Shown here: positions 29,859 to 39,727 of the stretch, piece by piece
Layout of the letters: each line of letters starts with the position of its first letter
How positions within the stretch are numbered: the first letter of the stretch is position 1
Source: Candidatus Poribacteria bacterium
GTDB lineage: Bacteria > Poribacteria > WGA-4E > WGA-3G
Assembly: GCA_965198235.1 (NCBI GenBank)
Contig: OZ240248.1
Span: 576,001 to 640,000, forward strand
Length of the DNA stretch: 64,000 nt
Direction: 5' to 3'
The notes under the pieces: generated by a model
Told to the model about the DNA's origin: nothing
Databases searched by the model: none
Seen by the model: the letters and a program-made list of their open reading frames with translations, nothing else
Made by a program: the position numbers and the translations under genes

Positions 29859-30383
29859 ATTGTAAACGAGTTACGAAAAGATGTCAAGTCTTTTTTGCGG
29901 TATAAGGAATCGCCCAAATCAGAATTCAGAAGTCCATTCTACCGCAATTATGTAATTATTATACCACATTTGTCGTGTGGTGTCAAATTTTTCTTCAAAA
30001 AAATTTCATTTTTCGCTGGCGAAGTTTCTAACCTCGCCCAAAGGTACTGGGTTTCACGGTTGTTCAACCCAACCTACGATTAATTATACCGTAGGAGGCA
30101 TTCTTTGTCAAATTTTTTTGAAAAAATGTTTTCACGGGGTGGAGCGTTCCGATTCTCGGTTTTAAGGAGAATTCGGCCTCCATATTCATACCCCTTTTTA
30201 ACACCCGTAATTGTAAAATAGTTACGAAAAAAAGTCAACATTATTTTCCGCACGTTAGGAATTTTACCGAAATTGGGTGTTTTTGTCAAGTATTTTCTTT
30301 CAACACGGTGCAAAAAACACGCATTTCGGCGTTTCTGCGGTTGAATTGATATTAATTATAGTGTAACAGATATTTTTTGTCAA
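29859..30383 (-). promoter_or_regulatory. Array of six co-oriented near-consensus sigma70 promoters
   Basis: All N17 spacing: 29859-29887, 29958-29986, 30083-30111, 30210-30238, 30261-30289, 30355-30383. Confidence 0.8.
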
Positions 30384-30660
30384 ATATTTTTTATTACTCG
30401 TCAGAAGTCAGGAATTGGGCGCGTATTGTCTGAATCGGGATTTATGAGATTAGTGGATGATAGAATCTGACCGATTGATAATTGAACTCCGCTGGCGAGG
30501 GTTTTGTGTGGGATACCTTGTAGGTTGGGGATAGGTCGTCTGAATCGCGGATTGCACAGATGACGCAGATTGCGCGGATTTTTTATTGGTTTCCGTCGGT
30601 GTGTATTGTCTGAACCGAGATTTATGGGATTATAGGATGAGTGGGATGGGAGAACCGTCT

Positions 30661-30749
30661 TGATTGAAAAGCGTTCCTCACGCCGTAGGCGTGATATGTC
30701 TATAGAAAACGCATGCAAGCAGAAACGCACTCCAGCGGAGTGCTATGTT
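30661..30749. repeat. Inverted copy of the REP unit flanking the Y1 transposase
   Basis: Reverse complement of most of the 121-bp unit at 31360. Confidence 0.85.
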
Positions 30750-30794
30750 CATAGAAAAAATCTTATCGCTGCGCCAGTAACCGTGCACCATAAA

Positions 30795-31274
30795 TTATTC
30801 TTCAGACGGAAAACCCTCAACCGGATCAAAAACGTATCTTATATCATACGCAACGCCAAAACGCTCCAAGAACGCAAGATATTCATCACGGAACGTTCGC
30901 CGTGAATGATGAGTCTCCTGATTTTCAATGTATGCTGCTACCTCGGGTATCTGAGAATGTGAATAACTGAACGCGCCGAACCCCTCCTGCCATCCAAATT
31001 GGCCCACAGTCCAATGTTTCTGATTAATAAAGCGTGTCGAATTTACCTTGATGTCTTTTACTAAACCAGACAATGCAGCATCCGGGGTCATACCAATCAG
31101 AATGTGGATATGATCTGGCATTGAGTTGATTTGAATCAATTTCTGTTTTTTATTTCTGATAATACCGGTGATGTATTTGTGAAGTTCAGCCTTGTGGCAT
31201 TCGGGAATGAGGGCTTGTCTACCTTTAACGGAAAACACGATATGTACATAGAGTTGTGTATAGGTATTTGCCAT
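30795..31274 (-). CDS. tnpA: IS200-like / REP-associated tyrosine (Y1, HUH) transposase
   Basis: YVHIVFSVKGR, MPDHIHIL (HUH), FGWQEGFGAFSYS, YIENQETHH. Confidence 0.92.
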   Translation of the reverse strand: MANTYTQLYVHIVFSVKGRQALIPECHKAELHKYITGIIRNKKQKLIQINSMPDHIHILIGMTPDAALSGLVKDIKVNSTRFINQKHWTVGQFGWQEGFGAFSYSHSQIPEVAAYIENQETHHSRRTFRDEYLAFLERFGVAYDIRYVFDPVEGFPSEE

Positions 31275-31359
31275 AGGCTCTTGCATTCCTCCAGAATTTG
31301 CTGTATTTATCTATAGCATCCATATTATATATCCATTCCCATTTATATGTCAACACCAA

Positions 31360-31841
31360 AAGGATTAGGGACATAGCACTCCGCTGGAGTGCCCTTCTGC
31401 CTATATCTCATTTTCTATAGACATATCACGCCTACAGCGTGAGGAACGCTTTTCAATCACGTAGCCTTCATAACCCTGATAAGGATTAGGGACATAGCAC
31501 TCCGCTGGAGTGCCCTTCTGCCTATATCTCATTTTCTATAGACATATCACGCCTACAGCGTGAGGAACGCTTTTCAATCACGTAGCCTTCATAGCCCTGA
31601 TAAGGATTAGGGACATAGCACTCCGCTGGAGTGCCCTTCTGCCTATATCTCATTTTCTATAGACATATCACGTCTACAGCGTGAGGAACGCTTTTCAATC
31701 ACGTAGCCTTCATAATCCTGATAAGGATTAGGGACATAGCACTCCGCTGGAGTGCCCTTCTGCCTATATCTCATTTTCTATAGACATATCACGCCTACAG
31801 CGTGAGGAACGCTTTTCAATCACGTAGCCTCCATAATCCTG
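31360..31841. repeat. Four tandem 121-bp REP/BIME-like units
   Basis: Units start 31360, 31481, 31602 and 31723; palindromes GCACTCCGCTGGAGTGC and TCACGCCTACAGCGTGA. Confidence 0.93.
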
Positions 31842-31933
31842 ATTCTGGCGGACCGCTGACCCCTGACAGCCGATAGCTAAATTTGCGAAACCGCCGCAAC
31901 TATGCTATAATGTTTCATAGGAGGCACTTCATC

Positions 31934-34888
31934 ATGACAGCAGACCTTGCCATCGCGCAGTTACTTTTAAGTACACTCCTGATCGGTGTTACCTTAATAT
32001 GGGGCATCTTTCGGTACCGACGGAGCGGTTACTGGCGGCGCGGTGTTCATAACAAATTGCAGGCATATCTGCTCTGGACGCTCAGCGTCCTGATCGCACT
32101 CAGCTGCTTCATCCCCTTGGCACATCTCTATACAGAACATCTCTGGTTTGAAAACGTCGGATACGTCGATGTATTCTGGGGACTTCAGAAGGTCCGATGG
32201 GGCATCTTTGGTGTCTGTTTCATCGCCGCCGCTGGATTTATGAACGCCAACGCGGCGATTGCACATATATTGTGTCCGGAATCCCGCGAGTTTCGAAGGT
32301 GGACACATACACAGACTTTCTCTTTCCATCGGATGGTAATCTGTATCACGCTGATTGCGGCACTTTTGCTTGCAATACCGATGCTTCTGTTGGACGATGT
32401 AGTGCTTCGGTACCTGAATCAGCCCGACGCAGCAGTGGCGAGGTTGGGAAACCTCGCCAGCGAAGAAGGAGGAGCGGCGGAGGGATCTCTCCATTTCGGG
32501 ATGGACCGGAATTTCTATCTCTTCAGTTTCCCGCTGCACCGATGGGTGAGCCTCTGGGTAGAGATAACGCTGTGGGTAACGTGTGTTGTCGTCGGGTTGC
32601 TGTATCATTTCTACTACCGTCGGGACGCACACACGATGGCACGTGTGAAGCGACATATCATCTTTCACGGATCGGTTTTATGGCTGCTGCTGTTGATCGT
32701 CGCGGGATGGCGGAGTTATGTGAACCTCTGGGACAAGGTTTATACGAAACCACTGACGAATGGGCTGCGGACCCTCCACGGCTTGTTTTATGTGGACTTT
32801 CACCTTGCGGGTGCTACGAAGATTTACTGTGGCGTGCTGATAGGCATCGCCATTGTTATCGGGATTAACATCTTCTGGCGGAAACGGCTGTTGTGGTATG
32901 TAACCGTGGCTGTGTGGGGATTGAGTTACGGGCTGTTGATTCACGTATATCCGTTAGGTCTCCACGTGGCGCGCATGCGTGTAGAACCGTTTCTCAAGGA
33001 GGGACGGTACTTGCAGAGGCATATCGAAGAGACGCGCCGTGCCTTTGATCTCGATGAGATTGTGAGGGTCAACCGCGAGCCTGGGATTGCAACCCTGGAA
33101 ATGATAACCGAGAACGCCGAGGTCAAGAAGAATATCCAGATTTGGGATCGACGCGTGCTGTATGAGGCACTCCGAGAGACACAGATTAAACCGCATTACA
33201 ACTTCCACCCCTATACCGATGTCGACAGATACACAGTAGATGGTGAATATCGGCAGGTCTTGATAGCCGCACGCGAGATTGATCCCGGGGACGAGATTAC
33301 AGGGTGGGACCGTCTGAAAACGGATCTACGCTCATTTACGCACGGCTATGGCGTGTGCGTCGCACCGGTGAACGAGTTCGTCGGCGAAGGTTTACCGAAA
33401 CTTTGGGTCAAGGATACGCCGATAGATAGCGAATATGAAGAACTGACGGTAGAATATCCACAGATTTACTACGGTGAGATGATTCGCAATTACATGATTG
33501 TGAACACCGATCGCGATGCAAATCGTGCTGGACGCAGGACGGATACCGAAAGTGCTGACGGTGTTGCGGAAACTCCAGAAATACCTGAATGGATGCAGCA
33601 TACTTATGACGGGGACGGCGGTGTGCCTTTAGGGGGTTGGTTCCGGCGACTCTGTTTCGCACTCCGATTCGATTTCCTCCCTATCCTCATCTCAGAGAAG
33701 TTGACACCGGAGAGCCGAATCATGTTCCGCCGAAGGATCGGCACCCGACGCAACGACCGCCTCGTCAAAGATCGTGTTTCATATATAGCCCCCTTCCTGA
33801 ATTACGATCCTGACCCGTATATTGTGATTAACGACGAACAGTTATATTGGATCATCGACTTCTATGTGACGAGTCGGTATTATCCGAACGCGCAGATGTA
33901 TGTGGACGATAAGACGCAACTCACAAACAGTGAGCTCTATGAGGAACCGGATTTTGATACGTTCAACTACATCCGGAATGCCGGGGTCGCTGTTGTCAAC
34001 GCTTACACCGGGGCAGTGGATTTCTATGCCATCAAGAAAGATGAAGAAGACGAAACCGTGATGCAGACCTACCAGAAAGCGTTTCCAAATCTCTTCAAAC
34101 CACTATCGGAGATGCCAGAGCGGTTGGCGGCGCACTTGCGGTATCCCGACTACCTGACACGGATTCAAGCGAGACTCTACGGCGATTATTACCGGCAAGC
34201 GAGCGGCTTTTATGATAATACGAACCCGTGGTCAATACCGAAAGAGGCGTATTACTCCTCAGAGGCGGATCAGGAGATGATGCCCTACTACGCCATGCTG
34301 AAGTTGCCGGGTGAGGAGAAGGTCGAGTTTGTGAATATGATTCCATTCGCGCCGCGGGATCGAGAGAAGCAGTTGAAGGCGTGGATGGTGGCGCGCTGCG
34401 ATCAACCACACTACGGTGAGCGCACCGTTTATGTGCTACCTGAGAATGCGGGAGTCGCCGGACCGACACAGGTCGAAGACGATATTAATAAGAAGACGGG
34501 CGATCAACAGCGCGGTTGGCAAGCCGCGAACGATGTGATCCGGGGCAATCTACTGATTATTCCGATTGAGGACGCACTGTTCTATCTTGAGGCGATTTAT
34601 CTGCAAGCGAAAAAGCCAGAAGGTGAAGATGGAAATGATGACAAGCCGCGGCGTCCGAAGTTAGAAATGGTGGTCTTGAAAGCGGGATCGAATGAACTTG
34701 CGGCGGTGGAGGCACAGACGTTTGATGAGGCGTTGAATATGCTCTTGTTGGGGATCCCGACGAATGGCGAAACGCCGACGAATGGTGAGAAGCCGTCAAC
34801 GTTGGCGGAGTTAGTTCAACAATATCGTGAGCGAGAAGCCGATAGCGACCGGCTCCTTGAACAGATTCTTGAGAAGATGGTGGAATAG
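31934..34888 (+). CDS. UPF0182 family membrane protein
   Basis: LWFENVGY, FYLFSFP, IQIWD, DVDRY, FTHGYG, PQIYYGE, APFLNYDPDPY, FNYIRN, HLRYP, VIRGNLLIIP. Confidence 0.93.
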   Translation: MTADLAIAQLLLSTLLIGVTLIWGIFRYRRSGYWRRGVHNKLQAYLLWTLSVLIALSCFIPLAHLYTEHLWFENVGYVDVFWGLQKVRWGIFGVCFIAAAGFMNANAAIAHILCPESREFRRWTHTQTFSFHRMVICITLIAALLLAIPMLLLDDVVLRYLNQPDAAVARLGNLASEEGGAAEGSLHFGMDRNFYLFSFPLHRWVSLWVEITLWVTCVVVGLLYHFYYRRDAHTMARVKRHIIFHGSVLWLLLLIVAGWRSYVNLWDKVYTKPLTNGLRTLHGLFYVDFHLAGATKIYCGVLIGIAIVIGINIFWRKRLLWYVTVAVWGLSYGLLIHVYPLGLHVARMRVEPFLKEGRYLQRHIEETRRAFDLDEIVRVNREPGIATLEMITENAEVKKNIQIWDRRVLYEALRETQIKPHYNFHPYTDVDRYTVDGEYRQVLIAAREIDPGDEITGWDRLKTDLRSFTHGYGVCVAPVNEFVGEGLPKLWVKDTPIDSEYEELTVEYPQIYYGEMIRNYMIVNTDRDANRAGRRTDTESADGVAETPEIPEWMQHTYDGDGGVPLGGWFRRLCFALRFDFLPILISEKLTPESRIMFRRRIGTRRNDRLVKDRVSYIAPFLNYDPDPYIVINDEQLYWIIDFYVTSRYYPNAQMYVDDKTQLTNSELYEEPDFDTFNYIRNAGVAVVNAYTGAVDFYAIKKDEEDETVMQTYQKAFPNLFKPLSEMPERLAAHLRYPDYLTRIQARLYGDYYRQASGFYDNTNPWSIPKEAYYSSEADQEMMPYYAMLKLPGEEKVEFVNMIPFAPRDREKQLKAWMVARCDQPHYGERTVYVLPENAGVAGPTQVEDDINKKTGDQQRGWQAANDVIRGNLLIIPIEDALFYLEAIYLQAKKPEGEDGNDDKPRRPKLEMVVLKAGSNELAAVEAQTFDEALNMLLLGIPTNGETPTNGEKPSTLAELVQQYREREADSDRLLEQILEKMVE

Positions 34889-34895
34889 CTGATTG

Positions 34896-35636
34896 CTAAT
34901 GGCGAATCGCATCTTCACGCAGTGCCTCATAACACTCCAAACACACCGCTAACACCTTCTCCAATTCCGCGGGAAACGGCTCCGATTTCGGACGATACGG
35001 CGCAAACCCTGTGCTTCGATGCACGTTCTGATACCAATACCGTGCCCACACCCCGTCCGCAGGATTCCCGCCTGCCTCCCAAGACAGCATCGAACGTTTA
35101 AATTGCAACCCGAGCCGTTCACACAACTGCGACAAAACACTGGATGGATTTTCCAATAACAGTCGCGCGTCAAGAATTGGAGGGGATTGCCCCGCGGCGC
35201 GTAGATCGTTTAAGAGATCGTATTGTGTTTTGAGCCCTGTGTCGGCGAGTGTCGGTGTCCCGATGACTTTTGCGAGAGACGGGAGCATCTCTCGTGGGTC
35301 GCGGATAAGGAGGACGTTGCAGGTATGTTGGAGGAAGCTTAGGTCAATGTTGATGAGGTGGTGCGCCATCTGTTTCATGAAAAGCACGGGCTTCTCACAG
35401 GGACCGAGGATCACCTGTTCGATGACTTGTACGCCGTCCGTTGACATCGATGCTATTACCTCTGCTGTACCGGGATGTGTACTCTTGAGAACCTGTGTCC
35501 CGTATTTTGTGTAGAGGTAGTGTGCGTAGAGGGGTTCGTCGATGACCTCAGTATCCCTGCGTTGCGCGAAGGCGTACATCAGTGCGGTTGAGACGTTCCG
35601 CGGTCCCGACCAGAGACAGATACGTTTTGTGCTCAA
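34896..35636 (-). CDS. Sulfotransferase-like P-loop protein (BCAT-like N-terminal domain family)
   Basis: LWSGPRNVSTALMYAFAQRRD..DEPLYAHYL, KQMAHH, LIRDP, WARYWY..V..STGF. Confidence 0.85.
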   Translation of the reverse strand: MSTKRICLWSGPRNVSTALMYAFAQRRDTEVIDEPLYAHYLYTKYGTQVLKSTHPGTAEVIASMSTDGVQVIEQVILGPCEKPVLFMKQMAHHLINIDLSFLQHTCNVLLIRDPREMLPSLAKVIGTPTLADTGLKTQYDLLNDLRAAGQSPPILDARLLLENPSSVLSQLCERLGLQFKRSMLSWEAGGNPADGVWARYWYQNVHRSTGFAPYRPKSEPFPAELEKVLAVCLECYEALREDAIRH

Positions 35637-35650
35637 GTTGCGTGTCCTTA

Positions 35651-36490
35651 TTACCGCCGCTGGCGGTGTCTGCCCCGTCTATTCCGTTGACGCGACTTCG
35701 CACCCTCGCCTTCTCCTGCTTCGCTGGCGAGGTTACTCACTTCGCCTTCCGCTATGCGGGGACGGGTACGCATCCAGAGAATGAGCACAATGCCGATAAT
35801 GAATGCCGCGATACTGAAAAGTTGCGCCGCTGACATCCATCCAAGTACGCGTGGTGTAATCCGCCAAAACTCGGCAATAAACCGCTCTACCCCCAACAAC
35901 ACAAGACTCGCGCCGAACAGAGCACCAGGGGTCCACTCAAACCTACGCCGTTGAGACCAAAGAACACCGAAAAATGTCCATGACAGGAGCGTCTCGTAGA
36001 TAGGGGTCGGATGGACAGGAACATCGGTTGGAACGGTTCCGTTAGGGAATGCCATCGCCCACGGTAGATCCGATGGGGGTCCATAGTCGCCATCGCCAGC
36101 GAGGAAACACCCGATTCGACCGATGCCGTATCCGAGTAAGAGCGTCGGACCGATGATGTCGATTGTAGGTAGGAACGGGTTCGGGGAGCGGAGGACCACG
36201 ATAATAACGGCGAGACACCCGCCGATGAGACCACCATACCAAACTAACCCACTCGTTGAGAAGAGTTCTCGGAAGGTAATTTGACCGTCGAGTAACGCGG
36301 AATAGATTTTCGCACCGACAATGCCACCGATCGCTGCAGCCATGACGATAGTCGAGGCGAGTTCCGGGACAAACCCTCGTCGCTTCAATTCGGATTGTAT
36401 AACAAAGACGACTGTAATAAACGCAGTGGCTAACATCAACCCGTAAGAATGGATGCCGACGGGCCCGAAATCAACAATCGTTGGATACAT
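35651..36490 (-). CDS. lgt: Prolipoprotein diacylglyceryl transferase
   Basis: IHSYGLM, GLVWYGG, IGRIGCFLAGD..YG, HPTPIYE, RFIAEFWR. Confidence 0.93.
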   Translation of the reverse strand: MYPTIVDFGPVGIHSYGLMLATAFITVVFVIQSELKRRGFVPELASTIVMAAAIGGIVGAKIYSALLDGQITFRELFSTSGLVWYGGLIGGCLAVIIVVLRSPNPFLPTIDIIGPTLLLGYGIGRIGCFLAGDGDYGPPSDLPWAMAFPNGTVPTDVPVHPTPIYETLLSWTFFGVLWSQRRRFEWTPGALFGASLVLLGVERFIAEFWRITPRVLGWMSAAQLFSIAAFIIGIVLILWMRTRPRIAEGEVSNLASEAGEGEGAKSRQRNRRGRHRQRR

Positions 36491-36496
36491 TAATAT

Positions 36497-37201
36497 TTAT
36501 TCTCCGAGGTAAGCCTGTCGCACGCGTTCGTCGGCTAACAGGTCGGCAGAGGTGCCTTCAATTGTAATTTCACCGGTCTCCATGACATAGCCTCTATTGG
36601 TCACTTGCAGTGCGATTTGCGCGTTCTGTTCGACGAGGAGGACGGTTGTGCCGTCGGTGTTAATTTGCTGGATGATCTCGAAAATCTGCTTGACGATAAG
36701 GGGTGCGAGTCCTAAGGAGGGTTCGTCCAACAAGAGAAGTTTCGGCTTGGACATGAGGGCACGTCCGATTGCGAGCATCTGCTGTTCGCCGCCGCTGAGA
36801 CTGCCGCCGCGCTGTTTCTGCCGGTCCTGTAGGACGGGGAAAAACTGGAAGATTCTGTCTAAATCGTCTTTGATGCCGCTTTTGTCGGTCCTTGAATAGG
36901 CACCGAGTTCGAGGTTTTCAAGGACGCTCATATCCGGGAAGATAAGCCGTCCCTCCGGAACCTGTGAGATACCGAGGGTGACGCGTTCTTCTGCCGATGT
37001 TGTTGTGATGTCGTTGCCATCAAAGTGTATACTGCCCTCGATGGGGATGTGTATACCGGATGCCGTCATGAGCGTTGTTGATTTTCCGGCACCGTTCGCA
37101 CCGATCAAACAGACCATCTCGTCGCTGTTGACAGTGATGGAGATGCCTCGAACGGCGCGTATGTTTCCGTAATAGGTATGAATGTTCCTAAGTTCAAGCA
37201 T
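36497..37201 (-). CDS. livF: Branched-chain amino acid ABC transporter ATP-binding protein LivF
   Basis: GANGAGKST, VPEGRLIF, LSGGEQQMLAIGRALM, LLDEPSLGLAP, AYLG. Confidence 0.93.
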   Translation of the reverse strand: MLELRNIHTYYGNIRAVRGISITVNSDEMVCLIGANGAGKSTTLMTASGIHIPIEGSIHFDGNDITTTSAEERVTLGISQVPEGRLIFPDMSVLENLELGAYSRTDKSGIKDDLDRIFQFFPVLQDRQKQRGGSLSGGEQQMLAIGRALMSKPKLLLLDEPSLGLAPLIVKQIFEIIQQINTDGTTVLLVEQNAQIALQVTNRGYVMETGEITIEGTSADLLADERVRQAYLGE

Positions 37202-37976
37202 CGTCAGAAGCCCCCAAATATGCCTCAATGACGCGTTCGTCGTTCTGCACGTCCGCGGGTATCCCTTCGCTGATTTTTTCACCGTGGTCTAACACCGTAA
37301 CCCAATCGGAGATTTGCATCACCAGTTTTACGTCGTGTTCGATGAGGAGCACAGTGACACTTTGCTCTCGTATCGCGTAGATGAGATCGATAAGCTCCTG
37401 TGTCTCTTGAGGATTCATCCCGGCGGCGGGTTCATCGAGGAGAAGGAGTCTCGGTTCGGTTGCCAAGGCTCTGGCGATTTCGACGCGTCGTTGGTCACCG
37501 TAGGAGAGGTTTCCTGCTGTCTGGTCGCTGATGTCGTCTAACCCGACAAATTCGAGCATATCGTGTGCACGTGTGGCGATCGCCTCTTCCTCGCTCTTCT
37601 GCGTATTCGTGCGGAAGACTGCGCCAACAAACGTGCTGGTAGTGCGGGGATGTCTCCCGATTTTGACGTTATCAAGGACCGTGAGTTCGGCAAAGAGTCG
37701 TATGTTCTGAAATGTTCTGCTGATGCCGAGTTTCGTGACTTCGTCTGGACGGAGTCCTGTAATGGATTCTCCTAAGAAATCAACGGTGCCGAATGTCGGT
37801 TTATCCAAACCGGTAGCGCAGTTGAAAAGCGTCGTTTTTCCGGCACCGTTCGGTCCAATTAAGCTGAAGATTTGTCCGGGGTGTACAGCCATTGTCACTT
37901 CGGACAACGCGATGACACCACCATAATGCCGGCTGAGTCCGTTTGTTGAGAGCAGGCGTATGGGGGTATTTTCCAT
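37194..37976 (-). CDS. livG: Branched-chain amino acid ABC transporter ATP-binding protein LivG
   Basis: GPNGAGKTT, RTFQNIRLF, LSYGDQRRVEIARALA, DEPAAG, IEHD. Confidence 0.93.
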   Translation of the reverse strand: MENTPIRLLSTNGLSRHYGGVIALSEVTMAVHPGQIFSLIGPNGAGKTTLFNCATGLDKPTFGTVDFLGESITGLRPDEVTKLGISRTFQNIRLFAELTVLDNVKIGRHPRTTSTFVGAVFRTNTQKSEEEAIATRAHDMLEFVGLDDISDQTAGNLSYGDQRRVEIARALATEPRLLLLDEPAAGMNPQETQELIDLIYAIREQSVTVLLIEHDVKLVMQISDWVTVLDHGEKISEGIPADVQNDERVIEAYLGASDDA

Positions 37977-38062
37977 TTCTCTCTCCTCGTTCGATTGTCT
38001 ATCTTAAAGTATACCTTTAACTAAGGAGAGGTGTCAATTTGTTTTTTGGGATGGTGAACTTG

Positions 38063-38214
38063 TTGTAGGAGCGAGTTGTGCTCGCGATTCCCAATGTCTT
38101 TTTCTTGTAGGAGCGAGTTGTGCTCGCGATTCCCAATGTCTTTTTCTTGTAGGAGCGAGTTGTGCTCGCGATTCCCAATGTCTTTTTCTTGTAGGAGCGA
38201 GTTGTGCTCGCGAT
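38063..38214. repeat. Four GTAG-type REP palindromes in 42-bp tandem units, downstream flank of the RAYT pseudogene
   Basis: TTGTAGGAGCGAGTTGTGCTCGCGAT x4; inverted copies at ~40146 and ~40198; dispersed copies near 1308, 6089, 11742, 16701, 27463, 42678, 50040 and 57121. Confidence 0.93.
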
Positions 38215-38423
38215 ACGTATTAGGATTTGTGGGTTGATCTGCGCTCGCGATTTACTCCATCTCAAATTTACATCGCCAATACGGATAATCCTTGGCGGCC
38301 TTTGCCAATCCCCGTCTCACAGGATTTTCATAGCAGTAGCGGATAATTGCTTTCAATGATTCATCCTGCCGAATACCGTGTTCGTGATAGACCCAAGTCT
38401 AAAGACTTGGGCTTCTGCAAATG

Positions 38424-39635
38424 TTAAGCAGAAGCATTTGTGGAATTCAGAATCGGATGGTTCGATTCAACGGAGGTGCCTACAATCTTGTTAAACAAAA
38501 CGATAGGTCTTACAACTCCTAACCCAAAGGAAGCTACCCCTTCCTTAAGTATATTGATAGCAGCGTTCTCGTCGCGGTCGAGGTGTGTCTCACACTTTGG
38601 ACACGTCCAGTGTCTATCTGCAAGCGTTAGGTTTTTATTATGATAGCCACAAACACAACAGGTTTTTGTGGTGGGAGACCACCGATTGATTTTCAGCACA
38701 GACCGTATCCGCTTTTTGCTTTGGTGTTTGAGTTTCTGCAGAAACTCACCAAAGGCGAGGTCGGAGACTTGTTTTCCCCACAAGCGTTTCATACCCAAAA
38801 GGTTGAGGTCTTCAAAGAACAATATATCAAAAGAACGGCACAGGTCTATCGCCAGTTTCCAATGATGGTCTGCTCTCTGGTTCGCCGTTTTCTTATGGAT
38901 ACGTGCCACATGCTTACGGGAGCGTTCTTGATTATGAGAACCTTTGACCTTACGAGAATACGCCTTTTGTGCAGTTGCCAACGTTTCAGCGTTGTGTTTG
39001 TAGAACATCGGAGAGGTATATCTATGACCCTCACTGCCAGTCAAGAAGTCTTTGATACCAAAATCAAACCCTTCAGCTTGACCCGTCTTGGGTTCAATTT
39101 TAATTTCGGTATAGTCTTCTGTCAGCGTAATATACATATCTCCGAGTGCGTCCCTCGTTACGTGAACTTCAACGATGATGCCCTTGATTTCACGGTGCAA
39201 CGCAAAACGATACCAACGCCCATTCAATCGGATTTTATACGTCGGGTGGTTTCTTTCCTTCTTTTGCGCGTCCAGCACTTTTTCTATTTTCACCTGTTCA
39301 CCAGAGAACGTCATCCCTTTGTGTTTCTTGCACTTCTTGAACTTCGGGTGACCTCTGCCAAGTGTTTTCATCTCTTTGAAACTCTGTGCCAAGCGTTTGA
39401 GCATATTCTGAAGACTCCACGCGTAAGGGATATTCCAATACGCATATTTCTCCAAACGCTTGAGTTTCGTCAAATGCTTCGACATTTTAGCATACGAAAG
39501 TTCTTTACCATACCGACGGTAATATCGCAGAGAGAGCGCAAGGAAGTGGTTTCGCGCAATACCTATGATATTCAGGTCATCGTGCAGACCCTTCAACGAT
39601 TTCTCATGAAAAAGTTTATGTGTTGTGTTTCGCAT
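38424..39635 (-). CDS. tnpB: RNA-guided endonuclease TnpB (diverged paralog of 20130..21341)
   Basis: GFDFGI, FEDLNL, DRDENAAINI; CCVC/CPKC. Confidence 0.96.
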   Translation of the reverse strand: MRNTTHKLFHEKSLKGLHDDLNIIGIARNHFLALSLRYYRRYGKELSYAKMSKHLTKLKRLEKYAYWNIPYAWSLQNMLKRLAQSFKEMKTLGRGHPKFKKCKKHKGMTFSGEQVKIEKVLDAQKKERNHPTYKIRLNGRWYRFALHREIKGIIVEVHVTRDALGDMYITLTEDYTEIKIEPKTGQAEGFDFGIKDFLTGSEGHRYTSPMFYKHNAETLATAQKAYSRKVKGSHNQERSRKHVARIHKKTANQRADHHWKLAIDLCRSFDILFFEDLNLLGMKRLWGKQVSDLAFGEFLQKLKHQSKKRIRSVLKINRWSPTTKTCCVCGYHNKNLTLADRHWTCPKCETHLDRDENAAINILKEGVASFGLGVVRPIVLFNKIVGTSVESNHPILNSTNASA

Positions 39636-39639
39636 GGTA

Positions 39640-39727
39640 TATCAAGTCTCAAGTCTTTATCCCCTATTCAGTGGGAGGCAAGCACGTCACCAAGCGGTAA
39701 CGCTGAATATGCTTGCCAACTTGATAC
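39640..39727 (-). ncRNA. Pseudoknotted structured RNA forming the tnpB 5' leader (copy 2)
   Basis: Same fold as 21346-21434 with compensatory substitutions; follows TTGACT-N17-TATAAT (39732-39760). Confidence 0.75.

Noticed and set aside
31360-31841. CRISPR array
   Set aside because: Whole 121-bp units are near-identical with no unique spacers and no cas genes; explained as a REP array beside a Y1 transposase
38017-38265. CRISPR array or 82-aa repeat protein (IASTTRSYKKKTLG)
   Set aside because: Identical 42-bp REP units; the ORF is just their translation
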